From positions 62,001-126,000 of the IMG/VR virus record IMGVR_UViG_3300047476_002078: a stretch of 64,000 nucleotides of DNA; one strand, 5' to 3'. The notes beneath the pieces were generated by a model. It saw nothing but the letters and a program-made list of their open reading frames with translations. It searched no databases and was not told the DNA's origin. Within the stretch, counting starts at the first letter, position 1. The number at the start of each line of letters is the position of its first letter. The translations under genes and the position numbers were made by a program. Positions 21,852 to 31,094 of this stretch are shown here, in pieces.

Positions 21852-22241
21852 ATGGAAACAAGACTTATTCGTAAGGGTTCGCTAGGCATCGCAGGAACTT
21901 TAAAAAATGCCGAACATCATGCTCAACCTGCTATTCCTCTAGTTAAGGCTATGATTGATGAGATTCATGATCTCACAGATTTAATTAAAGTCTGGCATCA
22001 AGGTCACAACATTCATGTGATCGAATCTCATGATGGAAGAAAAATAGCTTTCAGACCATATCGAGATGTAGAAGGAGAATGGGGAATAGAAATTTTAATT
22101 AAGATGTCTCGGCAACTTGAATACCCTCTGTTTCAAATCAAATGCCTTCGAGATGTTTTCACGGCTTCAAGTATGATTCAAAATATTTTTAGCGTGAAAC
22201 AAAACAAATATCTCAGAATGGGTAACTCAGTAGAAGAATAA
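21852..22241 (+). CDS. hypothetical protein
   Basis: GGAG RBS, 129 aa. Confidence 0.6.
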   Translation: METRLIRKGSLGIAGTLKNAEHHAQPAIPLVKAMIDEIHDLTDLIKVWHQGHNIHVIESHDGRKIAFRPYRDVEGEWGIEILIKMSRQLEYPLFQIKCLRDVFTASSMIQNIFSVKQNKYLRMGNSVEE

Positions 22242-22248
22242 TTTTTAA

Positions 22249-22270
22249 GGCAGTAGGTGAGCCTACTGCC
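22249..22270. terminator. GC-rich hairpin, possible terminator
   Basis: GGCAGTAGG-TGAG-CCTACTGCC directly after ORF 21852. No clear U-tract. Confidence 0.45.
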
Positions 22271-22291
22271 AATAATTTAAAGTCTTCTCAA

Positions 22292-22367
22292 CTACCACAC
22301 AGATTCACACCTACCGCACAGATTCACACCTACCACACAGATTCACTTCTACCACACGGATTCACAT
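22292..22367 (+). repeat. four tandem 19-bp repeats
   Basis: CTACCACACAGATTCACAC / CTACCGCACAGATTCACAC / CTACCACACAGATTCACTT / CTACCACACGGATTCACAT. Confidence 0.9.
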
Positions 22368-22435
22368 GCCACTTGCCACACGCCCCATGCCACTTGCCCC
22401 CATTACCATCCCATACCCATGAAGATGCCCTTGCC
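22365..22435 (+). repeat. CATGCCACTTGCC repeats (two exact, one degenerate)
   Basis: Copies at 22365-22377 and 22386-22398, and ATGCCCTTGCC at 22425-22435. Confidence 0.75.
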
Positions 22436-23886
22436 AAGTGCAACGGAAGCCAAACGTACAGGTAAGCGTACAGGTCAAAATCAAGGGCAGGGAAACGGTT
22501 CAACTGGAAACTGTGAACCGTGCGGAAGTCCAAAAAGTCGGTTTTACCCTAAAGCCCTTAAACACGGTTAAACAGGCTTTACTCATCTTAAACAGATCAT
22601 GGCAAACATAAGCACCGAACACCGCACGAGATAACGTGGCACGACAACCGAAAAACGGCTTTTACCCTAAAAGCAACAGGAGGTAAGTGCGGTTTTACGG
22701 TGAAATGCCAAAGATATAATGACAAAGGCTTTACGGTTAAAAATTGCCGTGATAGCGTTTTCGATGAGTGTTAAACCTATGGAGGGGATGAAGAGTGTAC
22801 GAACTACAAAAATATAAGTGGTGGGAACTTTGGTTCTATAAATATAAGTTTGTCCGGAAATTGAGCGGTGCATTTTGGGTGCGACTTTTGGAAGATGGTT
22901 ATGATTGGGTGAAATTTGATAAAGAAAAATTTTATTCAATGAGTTTTAAGCCGACGACGAAGTTTGAGGTTGAGGACTGGACGGCGAAATGAATTGTGCT
23001 TCGTTTTACATTTGGAAAAGTAAAAGTGGGTACGCTCTGCAAACTTCGGGCGTGGTTGGGAGCGGAGTGTGGGAAAATTTTGCGATTTTGTTACGTACTG
23101 AAGATGGTGAGTACGAGCGAATTGAAGTGAGTGAGGCGGAAGATTTAGAAAGCGTTTGCAAAAAATGGAAGCGAGTGAGTGAGATAAAAATTCCGAAAAG
23201 GAAAGAAACTTTTGAGCGTGAGGTATTAGAGATATGAGCTATGAATTTGGAAATTATGTAGGCGGTTATTTTCATAACAAAATTTATTCAGCGAAAGAAG
23301 ATTTAGAGCAAGAGGCAAAGTTTGAGTTACACAAAAAGCTCATTCCTTTTTTTAATATGCTCTATGAGGTAAGTTTTGCGATCTCTGCGGTGGAGGCAGG
23401 GGATTCTGGAGAAGACAGGGCGGTTTTTGCCATGTTGGATAATGTTCCACTTATGATTCAAGAGCTAGAAAATTTAGATCAAGAGCTTCAAGTTTTTCGT
23501 GAGGTAGCTAAAGAAGCTGTGAGAAGACAGTTAGAGGTTTTTTAATATGGGAGAATTCGATAGCCTTGGTCCTACAGGTACGAGAGGTCCCGATGACAGT
23601 GGGTTAAGGGATACCTCTTCTTGTGAATCGAAAACCGAAATTTTATATTGCCCTATTAGTAATGAACTCTTTTTATTTTCTGGAGTGTATAAGCTCGACA
23701 CGAAAAAAATGGAGATGACTTTATATCTTTACTGTAGTCGTAATAAGGTAAAAAAGCGGAAGCAAAAAGTTATATCCTTAAAACATATAGGATGGCTATA
23801 AAATATTGATTTTATTGAATATATGTAGCTTACTGGTAAAATAGCATATACCCTTCCTGAATTTATTTGACATTCCATATCATTTT

Positions 23887-23938
23887 GGTGCATACTTCGG
23901 CTCATAGGTTTGAGAACCTGCGAGTCGCACCCTTTTTT
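23887..23938 (+). terminator. long hairpin with U-tract (terminator, attenuator or sRNA 3' end)
   Basis: Nested pairs GGTGC/GCACC, GGCTC/GAGTC, AGGTT/AACCT with a TGAG loop, followed by TTTTTT. Confidence 0.5.
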
Positions 23939-24053
23939 GGGTATCGTAAACTCTCCTCATCAAAAAAATAAAACCAAAACATTTTATTTTTTGAGAGCCT
24001 TGAAGCAAAGCGACTACTTCACCGAATGGGACAACTCTCAAGAAGGAAATGTT

Positions 24054-24620
24054 ATGGATTCTAAAGTTCTTGCTACAACCGCACACAAACTATTAAAGGA
24101 AATGGGTCACGAGCTACCGCTTGGTCATGTCTATGAACTCTTTTCTAAACTCTCAGGGCACAAGTCTTGGAATGTGGCAAAGACCAAAGACGGGTTTGAG
24201 CCAGTTCTTCGTCTGATTTCCCCTAAGTCTGTTGGTGAAGGTAACTATGAAGTTAAAGTTACTCTTGAAGAAGGTTCAATCGAGTTAAAAAAGTATTACA
24301 AGGTGCAGGCTCAGTCTGAAAAAGAAGCTGAAAGTATTGTTTCTAATTACATTAAGTACCGCATTTGTGACTTTAATAGTGAAGTTGAGATTGAGCAGTT
24401 CTTGTTTGAGAATGAAGGTGTGAGAATTCTTTCCGAATTAGAGAGTGAAGATGATTACCTTTATGAAAATTGGGAAGTCATTTGGAATGATTGTGTTCCT
24501 CAAGTTCAGGCAGGCTCAACTCTTTTTTTATTTTCAGAACATGATTTAGTCAAAAATCATCTCTTGGGAAAAATGTCGAAAGATGATTTTAAGAAGCAGT
24601 TGAAAGCAAAAATGCGTTAA
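24054..24620 (+). CDS. protein with a glyoxalase-superfamily-associated N-terminal domain
   Basis: AAGGA RBS before ATG 24054. AHKLLKEMGHELPLGHVYELFSKLSGHKSWN pattern. Confidence 0.5.
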   Translation: MDSKVLATTAHKLLKEMGHELPLGHVYELFSKLSGHKSWNVAKTKDGFEPVLRLISPKSVGEGNYEVKVTLEEGSIELKKYYKVQAQSEKEAESIVSNYIKYRICDFNSEVEIEQFLFENEGVRILSELESEDDYLYENWEVIWNDCVPQVQAGSTLFLFSEHDLVKNHLLGKMSKDDFKKQLKAKMR

Positions 24621-24902
24621 GATTTTAAATGGAGGGGGATTTATTCTCCCTCCTCATTTTGTGGGTTTTTATGCAATTACAAGCTACGGGTGCAATTTTA
24701 AGTTATTCCATTGGATTTGTTCTTATGTACACTTCTTATTTTGGAGAAATTAAAAAACTCTCCGTTAATGAAGGTTTTATCGCTTCTGGATTTTTTATTT
24801 ATCTTGGATGCTATTTATTTTTTTCTTTGAAAAAATCTTAAAGTCTCTCCTTTTCTTCATAACCTTGCTAATTTGCTTATAATAAGCAGAGTTGGGGTTA
24901 TA

Positions 24903-27050
24903 ATGAAAATCGACAAGAAAACACTCTCTGTTTTACAGAAACTAGCAATTACTTATCAAGAGTATAAGAAATTGCATCCTCGTACTAAGAAGACACCCGA
25001 TGACCCTCTTTTTACTTTGGCACAAGACCCAAACAAAAAAGAGTTCAAGGTTAAGCCTAAAGATATTAAAACAGTCATGCCTTCCAAGACACCTACCAAG
25101 AGTGTTCCGCAAAAGACAGACGACCCTGTTGAAAAGTTTCGCCCAAAGCTGGCTCCAAGTGCTTATCAAAAGCAGATGGATTCAAAAGAGCTTTTGAAAA
25201 ACGCTAAGAAAATGTCTTCTGACGATATGGCATGGCATCTTCTTAATTCTAAGATTGGTATGGGTTTTGAGAGTGGGGAACTTCGAGATCAAATGAAGAG
25301 TCATTTTGGTATTGCCAATATGTATGCCATGATGATTTTAAATCCAAATATATCAAAAGAAAGCCGAGACAATATTGCTTCATGGTTGCTCGATAAAGCC
25401 GGAGTATATTTTGTTTCCAGTAAATCTCTTAAAAGATTTCTCGAAGGTTGTGCGAATAAAGGCATTATCTCAAAAGAGATTTGGGAAGAAGAAGCCAATG
25501 GGGATAGTCAGCGTAAGGAAGAGGATGAGATTGCTCAAAATTACACCGCTGACCAACTTAAAAAACTTCCTGCTAAAAAGATTCAAGAGAATTGGAATGA
25601 GATTTGTCAAAACGAAAATCTTCCGACTTCCATGATTCAAAAGATGTTGGGTGATAAGGATGTGAAGAAAGCCCTTGAGTTCATGAAAAAGGGCTACATA
25701 GAAGATACAGGAGCCATGTCTGGTAAGATTGGTGAGCGTAAAAATAAAATTGGTAAAGCGTTAAAAATTCTTTCTCATAAAAATGTTCCTTTTGAAGCGT
25801 TACAAGAAGTGTTTGTACCTTCTCTTAAAAAACATCTTTCAACAAATAACTACAAGGCTTACGAAGTCGCTGAATACCTTGCGAGTCATCCTGACATAAA
25901 CAAGCCAGAGAACAGTGAGCTAAAAAAGTTAGTGCTTCAGGCTTATAAGACTCAGCTTAAATACTACAAAGACGACCCAGAATATGTGGAAGACCCTTAC
26001 AAGTCTCAACGTAACTTTGATGAGCTAAAGCACCCTTCCGCTCCCCCTGCTAACTTAAAGCTGTCGAAGGAAGAGTTCTTAGCAATTTGGAAGATTAGAG
26101 ATGAAGGTCCATATAAGTCTCAAAATGAAAGATGGTTTGAGCATCCTGATATGCCAGATGAGATTATCAAAGAGAGTTTGACTAAAAAAGATAATAAAGT
26201 AAAAGACCCTCTTGATAAATATCTTAGTGACTATTCGGAAGTTCGGAAACTCGCTTTTCATCAAGCTCGAAAAAGAAATCTCTTATCAGATGACGACTTA
26301 ATCAAAACTGTAAAAGCTAATTTGAATCTGCATGGCAATGACAATGAACTTATGAAAAAGTTCGCTGAACAAGCTTACACTTATGGAAAAAGCACTAATG
26401 ATATACCTCGTTATATTTCTAAGGGAAGTGATGAGGAACGCAAAGCTGTAGAAGAACAGATGAAAAAGTCAGCTTTCCATGAAGAGTTTGATTTTGAAGT
26501 CTCCGCAGTTTACAACATTGATAAAGAGCCACACAAAGATTTCGCAAAAACTTCTAAGAAACTTGGAAATGTAATGGAAGGTGTTTACCATGGTACAAGC
26601 TATGCAAACGCCGCTGGGATTCTTTCAGATGGGGTTAGAGTTGATACCGAAGAAAGAACAGGTTCTATGTTCGGTAGGGGTTTTTATCTAGCTTCTGCTT
26701 CTTCTAAAGCTGCCCAATATGCTGGAGAAAAATTTAGTCAGCATGATGGAGATGGGGTAGTCTTTATGCTGAATGTCGCTCTTGGTAAATCCAAAGAAAT
26801 GAAATATGGCAGACCCGAAGGAGATAATCTAAAATATCGTATGTTGAGTCCGGAAGAAAAACAAATGATTGAGGATTACAAAAAGAAAACAGGCAAAGAC
26901 CTTGATGATAAGTGGCACTACGACCATGACTCTGTAACTGCTAAGGCAGGGCAGGCTTTAGATTATGATGAGTTTGTGGTGAAAGACCCTTCTCAGCTTC
27001 AGATTAAAAAGATTGTTATTGTGAAGAAGACACCAAAGGCAAAAGTATGA
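24903..27050 (+). CDS. large protein with C-terminal PARP-type (H-Y-E) ADP-ribosyltransferase domain, leader-bearing
   Basis: YHGT...GSMFGRGFYLA...SKAAQY...VALGK...HDSV...YDEFVV parallels the PARP1 catalytic motifs. N-terminal leader plus YQEYKKLHP module. Confidence 0.85.
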   Translation: MKIDKKTLSVLQKLAITYQEYKKLHPRTKKTPDDPLFTLAQDPNKKEFKVKPKDIKTVMPSKTPTKSVPQKTDDPVEKFRPKLAPSAYQKQMDSKELLKNAKKMSSDDMAWHLLNSKIGMGFESGELRDQMKSHFGIANMYAMMILNPNISKESRDNIASWLLDKAGVYFVSSKSLKRFLEGCANKGIISKEIWEEEANGDSQRKEEDEIAQNYTADQLKKLPAKKIQENWNEICQNENLPTSMIQKMLGDKDVKKALEFMKKGYIEDTGAMSGKIGERKNKIGKALKILSHKNVPFEALQEVFVPSLKKHLSTNNYKAYEVAEYLASHPDINKPENSELKKLVLQAYKTQLKYYKDDPEYVEDPYKSQRNFDELKHPSAPPANLKLSKEEFLAIWKIRDEGPYKSQNERWFEHPDMPDEIIKESLTKKDNKVKDPLDKYLSDYSEVRKLAFHQARKRNLLSDDDLIKTVKANLNLHGNDNELMKKFAEQAYTYGKSTNDIPRYISKGSDEERKAVEEQMKKSAFHEEFDFEVSAVYNIDKEPHKDFAKTSKKLGNVMEGVYHGTSYANAAGILSDGVRVDTEERTGSMFGRGFYLASASSKAAQYAGEKFSQHDGDGVVFMLNVALGKSKEMKYGRPEGDNLKYRMLSPEEKQMIEDYKKKTGKDLDDKWHYDHDSVTAKAGQALDYDEFVVKDPSQLQIKKIVIVKKTPKAKV

Positions 27051-27268
27051 ACCAAGCCGAAATAGATCGCCAAACTATTGAATTTATTGTCAATCAGACA
27101 CCCTCTGAAGAAGAGGCGAGGCAACGTCTGGATAAGTTACAAGTTTCTTTGAAAAAAGATTATTACGAATTCTTAGTGGAAGAAGCGATTAAGAATAAAT
27201 TCCTTATAATTAATAAAACTAAGGAAATTCAAGCGAAGATATTAAATTTAGAATCAAAGTTAAAATAG
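27047..27268 (+). CDS. small hypothetical protein coupled to the PARP gene
   Basis: ATGA overlap with the PARP stop codon. Confidence 0.6.
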   Translation: MNQAEIDRQTIEFIVNQTPSEEEARQRLDKLQVSLKKDYYEFLVEEAIKNKFLIINKTKEIQAKILNLESKLK

Positions 27269-27275
27269 GGATTGT

Positions 27276-27905
27276 ATGAAAAAAATAGTTTCAAGCCTTC
27301 ATAAAATTGCGTCAGATTTAGAAAAAACTGCTTTAGATTACAATGAGTATAAAAAGCTACACCCGAACACAAAAAAGACACCTTCTGACCCGATGTTTAA
27401 AGAAAATAAACCTCAACAGGAGAGTCAGGCTCCCAAACAACAAGCTCCAAATCAACAACCAAAATCTGAGCCTAAACAAGAATCTGCTCCTAAAGTAAAG
27501 AAAACTGTTAGTGATTTTACGGATGCTGAATTAGATGAAATTGGTTTCATGCCGTCTTATAGAAAAAGTTTAAGTGATAAAGAAGTTTTGGAAGAATATA
27601 ACGCTAAAAATAAAGTTGATGAGCTTGTAAAATCTAAAAAATTGAACCTTTCTGATTATCCTGATACTGCCTTTACCTCTATTCTGCAAGATTACAAAGA
27701 AAAACAAAATAAAGGAAAATTAAGTGATGATGATTTTGAACCAGAAAACTTTTATACCGCAGTTAGAAAACATTTAAGCGATAAAGAAGTTACTCCTAAA
27801 ACTGTGAGGGAAGCGATTCGTGTTTATCACCCAGATGCAAAACTCACAAATGACCAAATAAGTTCTGTAATGAATATGTATGAAAAAAAACAAGGTTGGG
27901 GCTAA
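27276..27905 (+). CDS. hypothetical protein, leader plus YNEYKKLHP module, Gln/Pro/Lys linker
   Basis: MKKIVSSLHKIASDLEKTA-LDYNEYKKLHPNTKKTPSDPMF. Confidence 0.75.
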   Translation: MKKIVSSLHKIASDLEKTALDYNEYKKLHPNTKKTPSDPMFKENKPQQESQAPKQQAPNQQPKSEPKQESAPKVKKTVSDFTDAELDEIGFMPSYRKSLSDKEVLEEYNAKNKVDELVKSKKLNLSDYPDTAFTSILQDYKEKQNKGKLSDDDFEPENFYTAVRKHLSDKEVTPKTVREAIRVYHPDAKLTNDQISSVMNMYEKKQGWG

Positions 27906-27906
27906 T

Positions 27907-28299
27907 ATGAAATTAAAAGAACAGATACAAAATTTAGAGAAAAAAATCGCTTCTAAAGCGGATGCTGCTGATATTTTTGATGAGTTTGTTAAAAACATCA
28001 TGGAGCCTCATAGAAAGAAATTTATCGAAGATCAAAACTCACCTTGGAACAAAAGCAGAGAAACTGAAGCTTCTTTAAAAGAAAAAGCAAAGTTGATTGA
28101 AGAAAGAATGAAAGAAGGTAGAGGTTTCCGTGAGGTTTGTGATGATAAAGATATTTATTTAGGAAGCGTTGATTCTAACTTCATTTATGATAAATATGTT
28201 CTAAAATCTTGGAAAGGCTCTTTTGAAGATTGGAAAGATAAAGAGATGCGTTTAGACGCTAGAAGATTTTTTGTAGATTTAAAATTAATTAAGTGGTGA
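27907..28299 (+). CDS. hypothetical protein, leader-bearing family
   Basis: MKLKEQIQNLEKKIASKA. Confidence 0.65.
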   Translation: MKLKEQIQNLEKKIASKADAADIFDEFVKNIMEPHRKKFIEDQNSPWNKSRETEASLKEKAKLIEERMKEGRGFREVCDDKDIYLGSVDSNFIYDKYVLKSWKGSFEDWKDKEMRLDARRFFVDLKLIKW

Positions 28300-28304
28300 T
28301 AGAT

Positions 28305-29411
28305 ATGAAAGATTTAATTCCGGGCGGAAAGTCAGATAAAAAACCAGACTCAGCTTTTGATTCCAAGCAACTTCAAAAAGGTATCAAGGTTGAGCGAGAG
28401 CACACAAAAAACAAACAGCTTGCTAAAGAGATTGCAAAAGATCATTTATCTGAATTTTCTGATTACTATGATAGATTAGAAAAGATGGAAAAGTCAGCAC
28501 ATTCAAAAGTTCTCTTAAAAAAAATAAAAGAGCTTGCACACAAAATTTCTGCTTCTAACGAGCATCCTATAACTAAAGGCTTAGTGCTGTCCTTTTTTGC
28601 TACTAACATCGAGATTGGTGTTATTGACGAAGCTACGAAAAAACCTATCACTATTGCGAAAATTAATAAATCGTTTAAGAAAGATAGTCAAAGTGAAGTT
28701 ATCGAACTAGCTAAAGAGATATTTAATAATCTCGATGCTTCTGGTTACACTAAAGGCATGGACTTCAAGGCTCAACCTTACTACCGAGAATTAAATCAGG
28801 CTTATCTTAATTTCAAGAAAAGATTGTCGGAACTTTCAGAGAACCAATTAGAAAAGATGGGACTCGGTAAGCATCCATATAAATATTTGGGAGCTATGGA
28901 GTCACCTTCAAAAGAACTTCAAGAGCAAAATCCAGAAGCCTATAACAACGCACTAAGAAATTTCCCAAGATTTGATGCAGGTGGAATTGGAAGCTGTGCT
29001 AGATGTTACAACGCAATTACTATTCACCATATTATTAAATCTAGTGATGGAAAGGTATTTCCTTTAGGTAGTGAGTGCGTTTGGACATTGAATGATAATA
29101 AAATCGAGTCTGAAGTTAAAAAAGAAAAGACAAAGATTGAGAAAAGTAAAAGAGACGTAAGAAATAAGGCAAAATTATCTGATCTGGAAGACATTATAAA
29201 CAATCCTGAGTTAATCAAGAAAATGAAAAGTATGTCATACAAAATGCCAGCCGCTTTCAGTAAATGGGATGAGGGCAAAAGGCAATGGTACTTAAATACA
29301 ATTGTTGGAGATGGGACTTACTACGATTATGTTTTACACATGATTAAAATTTCTGGCACTTCAGGAAAACAAAGAATACTAAAAGAAGTTAAAAAAGATT
29401 TGGGGTTATAA
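28305..29411 (+). CDS. DUF5661-like N-terminal domain protein with an internal leader-like segment
   Basis: KGIKVEREHT...AKEIAKDHLSE...YYDRLEKME, then KKIKELAHKISAS, and a CARC...GSEC zinc motif. Confidence 0.6.
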   Translation: MKDLIPGGKSDKKPDSAFDSKQLQKGIKVEREHTKNKQLAKEIAKDHLSEFSDYYDRLEKMEKSAHSKVLLKKIKELAHKISASNEHPITKGLVLSFFATNIEIGVIDEATKKPITIAKINKSFKKDSQSEVIELAKEIFNNLDASGYTKGMDFKAQPYYRELNQAYLNFKKRLSELSENQLEKMGLGKHPYKYLGAMESPSKELQEQNPEAYNNALRNFPRFDAGGIGSCARCYNAITIHHIIKSSDGKVFPLGSECVWTLNDNKIESEVKKEKTKIEKSKRDVRNKAKLSDLEDIINNPELIKKMKSMSYKMPAAFSKWDEGKRQWYLNTIVGDGTYYDYVLHMIKISGTSGKQRILKEVKKDLGL

Positions 29412-29412
29412 T

Positions 29413-29715
29413 ATGAGCATTGTTAAAAAATTAAATAAAGTTGCAGAGTTTCTTGAAAAATCATCCGCAAGTGAGTTCGACAAATGGCTCGATACTTTCC
29501 TTGAAGAGAAAGGCATTGACCTTGAAGATGATTTCACAGTTCAAGGTGCTTTTTATGGTGATAACTACATGACTTATGAAGTTGTTGTAGAGCACATTAA
29601 AATCGCTCCGAAGCACGAACAAAAGAAAATTAAAGACATGCTCGTAAAAATTGATTTTAAGAATGGGGATGTGAAACATTTTCTCCGTCATTTAGGACAG
29701 GCTTTAGCAAAATGA
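29413..29715 (+). CDS. hypothetical protein, leader-bearing family
   Basis: MSIVKKLNKVAEFLEKSSA. Confidence 0.7.
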   Translation: MSIVKKLNKVAEFLEKSSASEFDKWLDTFLEEKGIDLEDDFTVQGAFYGDNYMTYEVVVEHIKIAPKHEQKKIKDMLVKIDFKNGDVKHFLRHLGQALAK

Positions 29716-29903
29716 AAAATATTCTTTCTAAACTTAATGAATTAGCTACAAAAATAGAGAAAACATCTTCAAAACGTATTCCTGTTTATCTGAGTCAAGA
29801 AGAGTTGAAACTTATTAAGCAAGGGCTTGATAAAGTTCAAGGGTCAGGAGTCTTAAAACTTATCGAAAGAGTCGAAGCAGAGTTAGACACTTTCGAGGAA
29901 TAG
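29712..29903 (+). CDS. hypothetical protein, leader-bearing family
   Basis: MKNILSKLNELATKIEKTSS. Confidence 0.65.
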   Translation: MKNILSKLNELATKIEKTSSKRIPVYLSQEELKLIKQGLDKVQGSGVLKLIERVEAELDTFEE

Positions 29904-29922
29904 CTCACCGCAAAAATTGATA

Positions 29923-29951
29923 TTGACTAAGTGTGTTCAATAGCATATTAT
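29923..29951 (+). promoter_or_regulatory. sigma70-like promoter
   Basis: TTGACT-N17-TATTAT upstream of ORF 29965. Confidence 0.6.
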
Positions 29952-31054
29952 CCGTAAAATTTTTATGGAGATTAGCTTGAGCAACTGTCCTTCCTGTAAA
30001 AAGCCCTACAATGGTTTTAAAGACGACGAGTCCATGGCTGAGTATAAACAGTCAGGTCTTTGTCAAAACTGCCAAGACGAGTTTTTTGGTGCTCCTACGC
30101 TACCAAAAGGAAATCCTACAGGTATATGCCGTGATTGCGGTAGGATGACATATCAAGAAGAAGAATTTTGTTCTCAGTCTTGCGAAACAGCTTACATGAA
30201 TTATTTAAACGAAGGTTTGAAATGAATTTACGAGAACTAGAAAGAAAACTTGGTCTTCCACTTCGTTACTTGGACAGCAAAGAAAATGTAGAACTTCCAG
30301 AAACTCAAGCATTATTAAAAATGATTGATGCTATGCCTTGGCTCATAGAGGTAGCAGAAAGTGGTTTTAATCCTGAAGTTTCCCAACTGATACTACAAAG
30401 AGAAGCAATCAACATAAAGATAGAGGAAGCTAGGAATGGCAAATAAAGCAGAATTTAGAGTGATGTATCAAAAATCCGTCGGCTTTTGCGGTGAGGCTAG
30501 AATGGAGTGTGTAAAAAGTTTCCTAACTTTTGAAGAAGCCTCTAAATTTGCCAAAGACTATGAGTTACCTAATCACATGGACGAAATATACATAATGCAA
30601 ATTTACACAAAGGATAAAAATAATGAGGACGATGGCAAATGTTCTACTGGAAAAGAGTCTTAACGCTCTTTTGAAAAAACTTACTCCTCAAGACTTAGCT
30701 AAATATGAGGCTTGGAAGTTAGACCAATCTCACGATCTTGAATTGGATGATAAAATGCTTGAGCTTGAAATAGATAACCATGTCGTAGCAATTGAAGAAG
30801 TTAAAGAAATGGAAAAAGATACAGACCAGTATTATCAACTTCAAGCACATATCAAAAAAATACAGAAATTAGCTAATCTTTGGGACACCTAATCAACAAG
30901 GCTCGGATGAGGAAAACCGAGCCTAAAAAACCTACTCCCATACCTATTCTTGGGAAACCGCTCATAACTGCTTGAATGTTTAATAAACTTAGGGAACAGC
31001 CTATTAAAGTAAAATGAATCTTTTTATCTAGTTTTGGGCACATAACTCATTATA

Positions 31055-31071
31055 GTGGAATCGGTATAGCC
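31055..31071 (+). promoter_or_regulatory. conserved 17-bp phage upstream element (copy 2)
   Basis: GTGGAATCGGTATAGCC upstream of ATG 31095. Confidence 0.75.
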
Positions 31072-31094
31072 TATGTAACAAATAGGAGGATTCC

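Noticed and set aside
21852-22241. Similarity to integron cassette protein VCH_CASS14
   Set aside because: Only a short AEHHA/ADHHA-like resemblance from memory, and no attC site is visible.
22292-22367. CRISPR array
   Set aside because: The repeats are contiguous with no unique spacers, and no cas genes are present.
22330-22939. Minus-strand ORFs 22330-22533 and 22667-22939
   Set aside because: They run through repeats or antisense to a better gene, with no RBS. Likely spurious.
23910-24053. N-terminal extension of ORF 23910
   Set aside because: It crosses a hairpin/T-tract. The RBS and the domain start favour ATG 24054.
24840-24902. Dedicated late-promoter motif upstream of leader genes
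   Set aside because: Only TAAT-type words are shared, which is expected by chance in AT-rich DNA.
30899-30930. Intrinsic terminator AGGCTCGG/CCGAGCCT
   Set aside because: The stem is real, but it is followed by an A-tract on the + strand and lacks a U-tract on the - strand.
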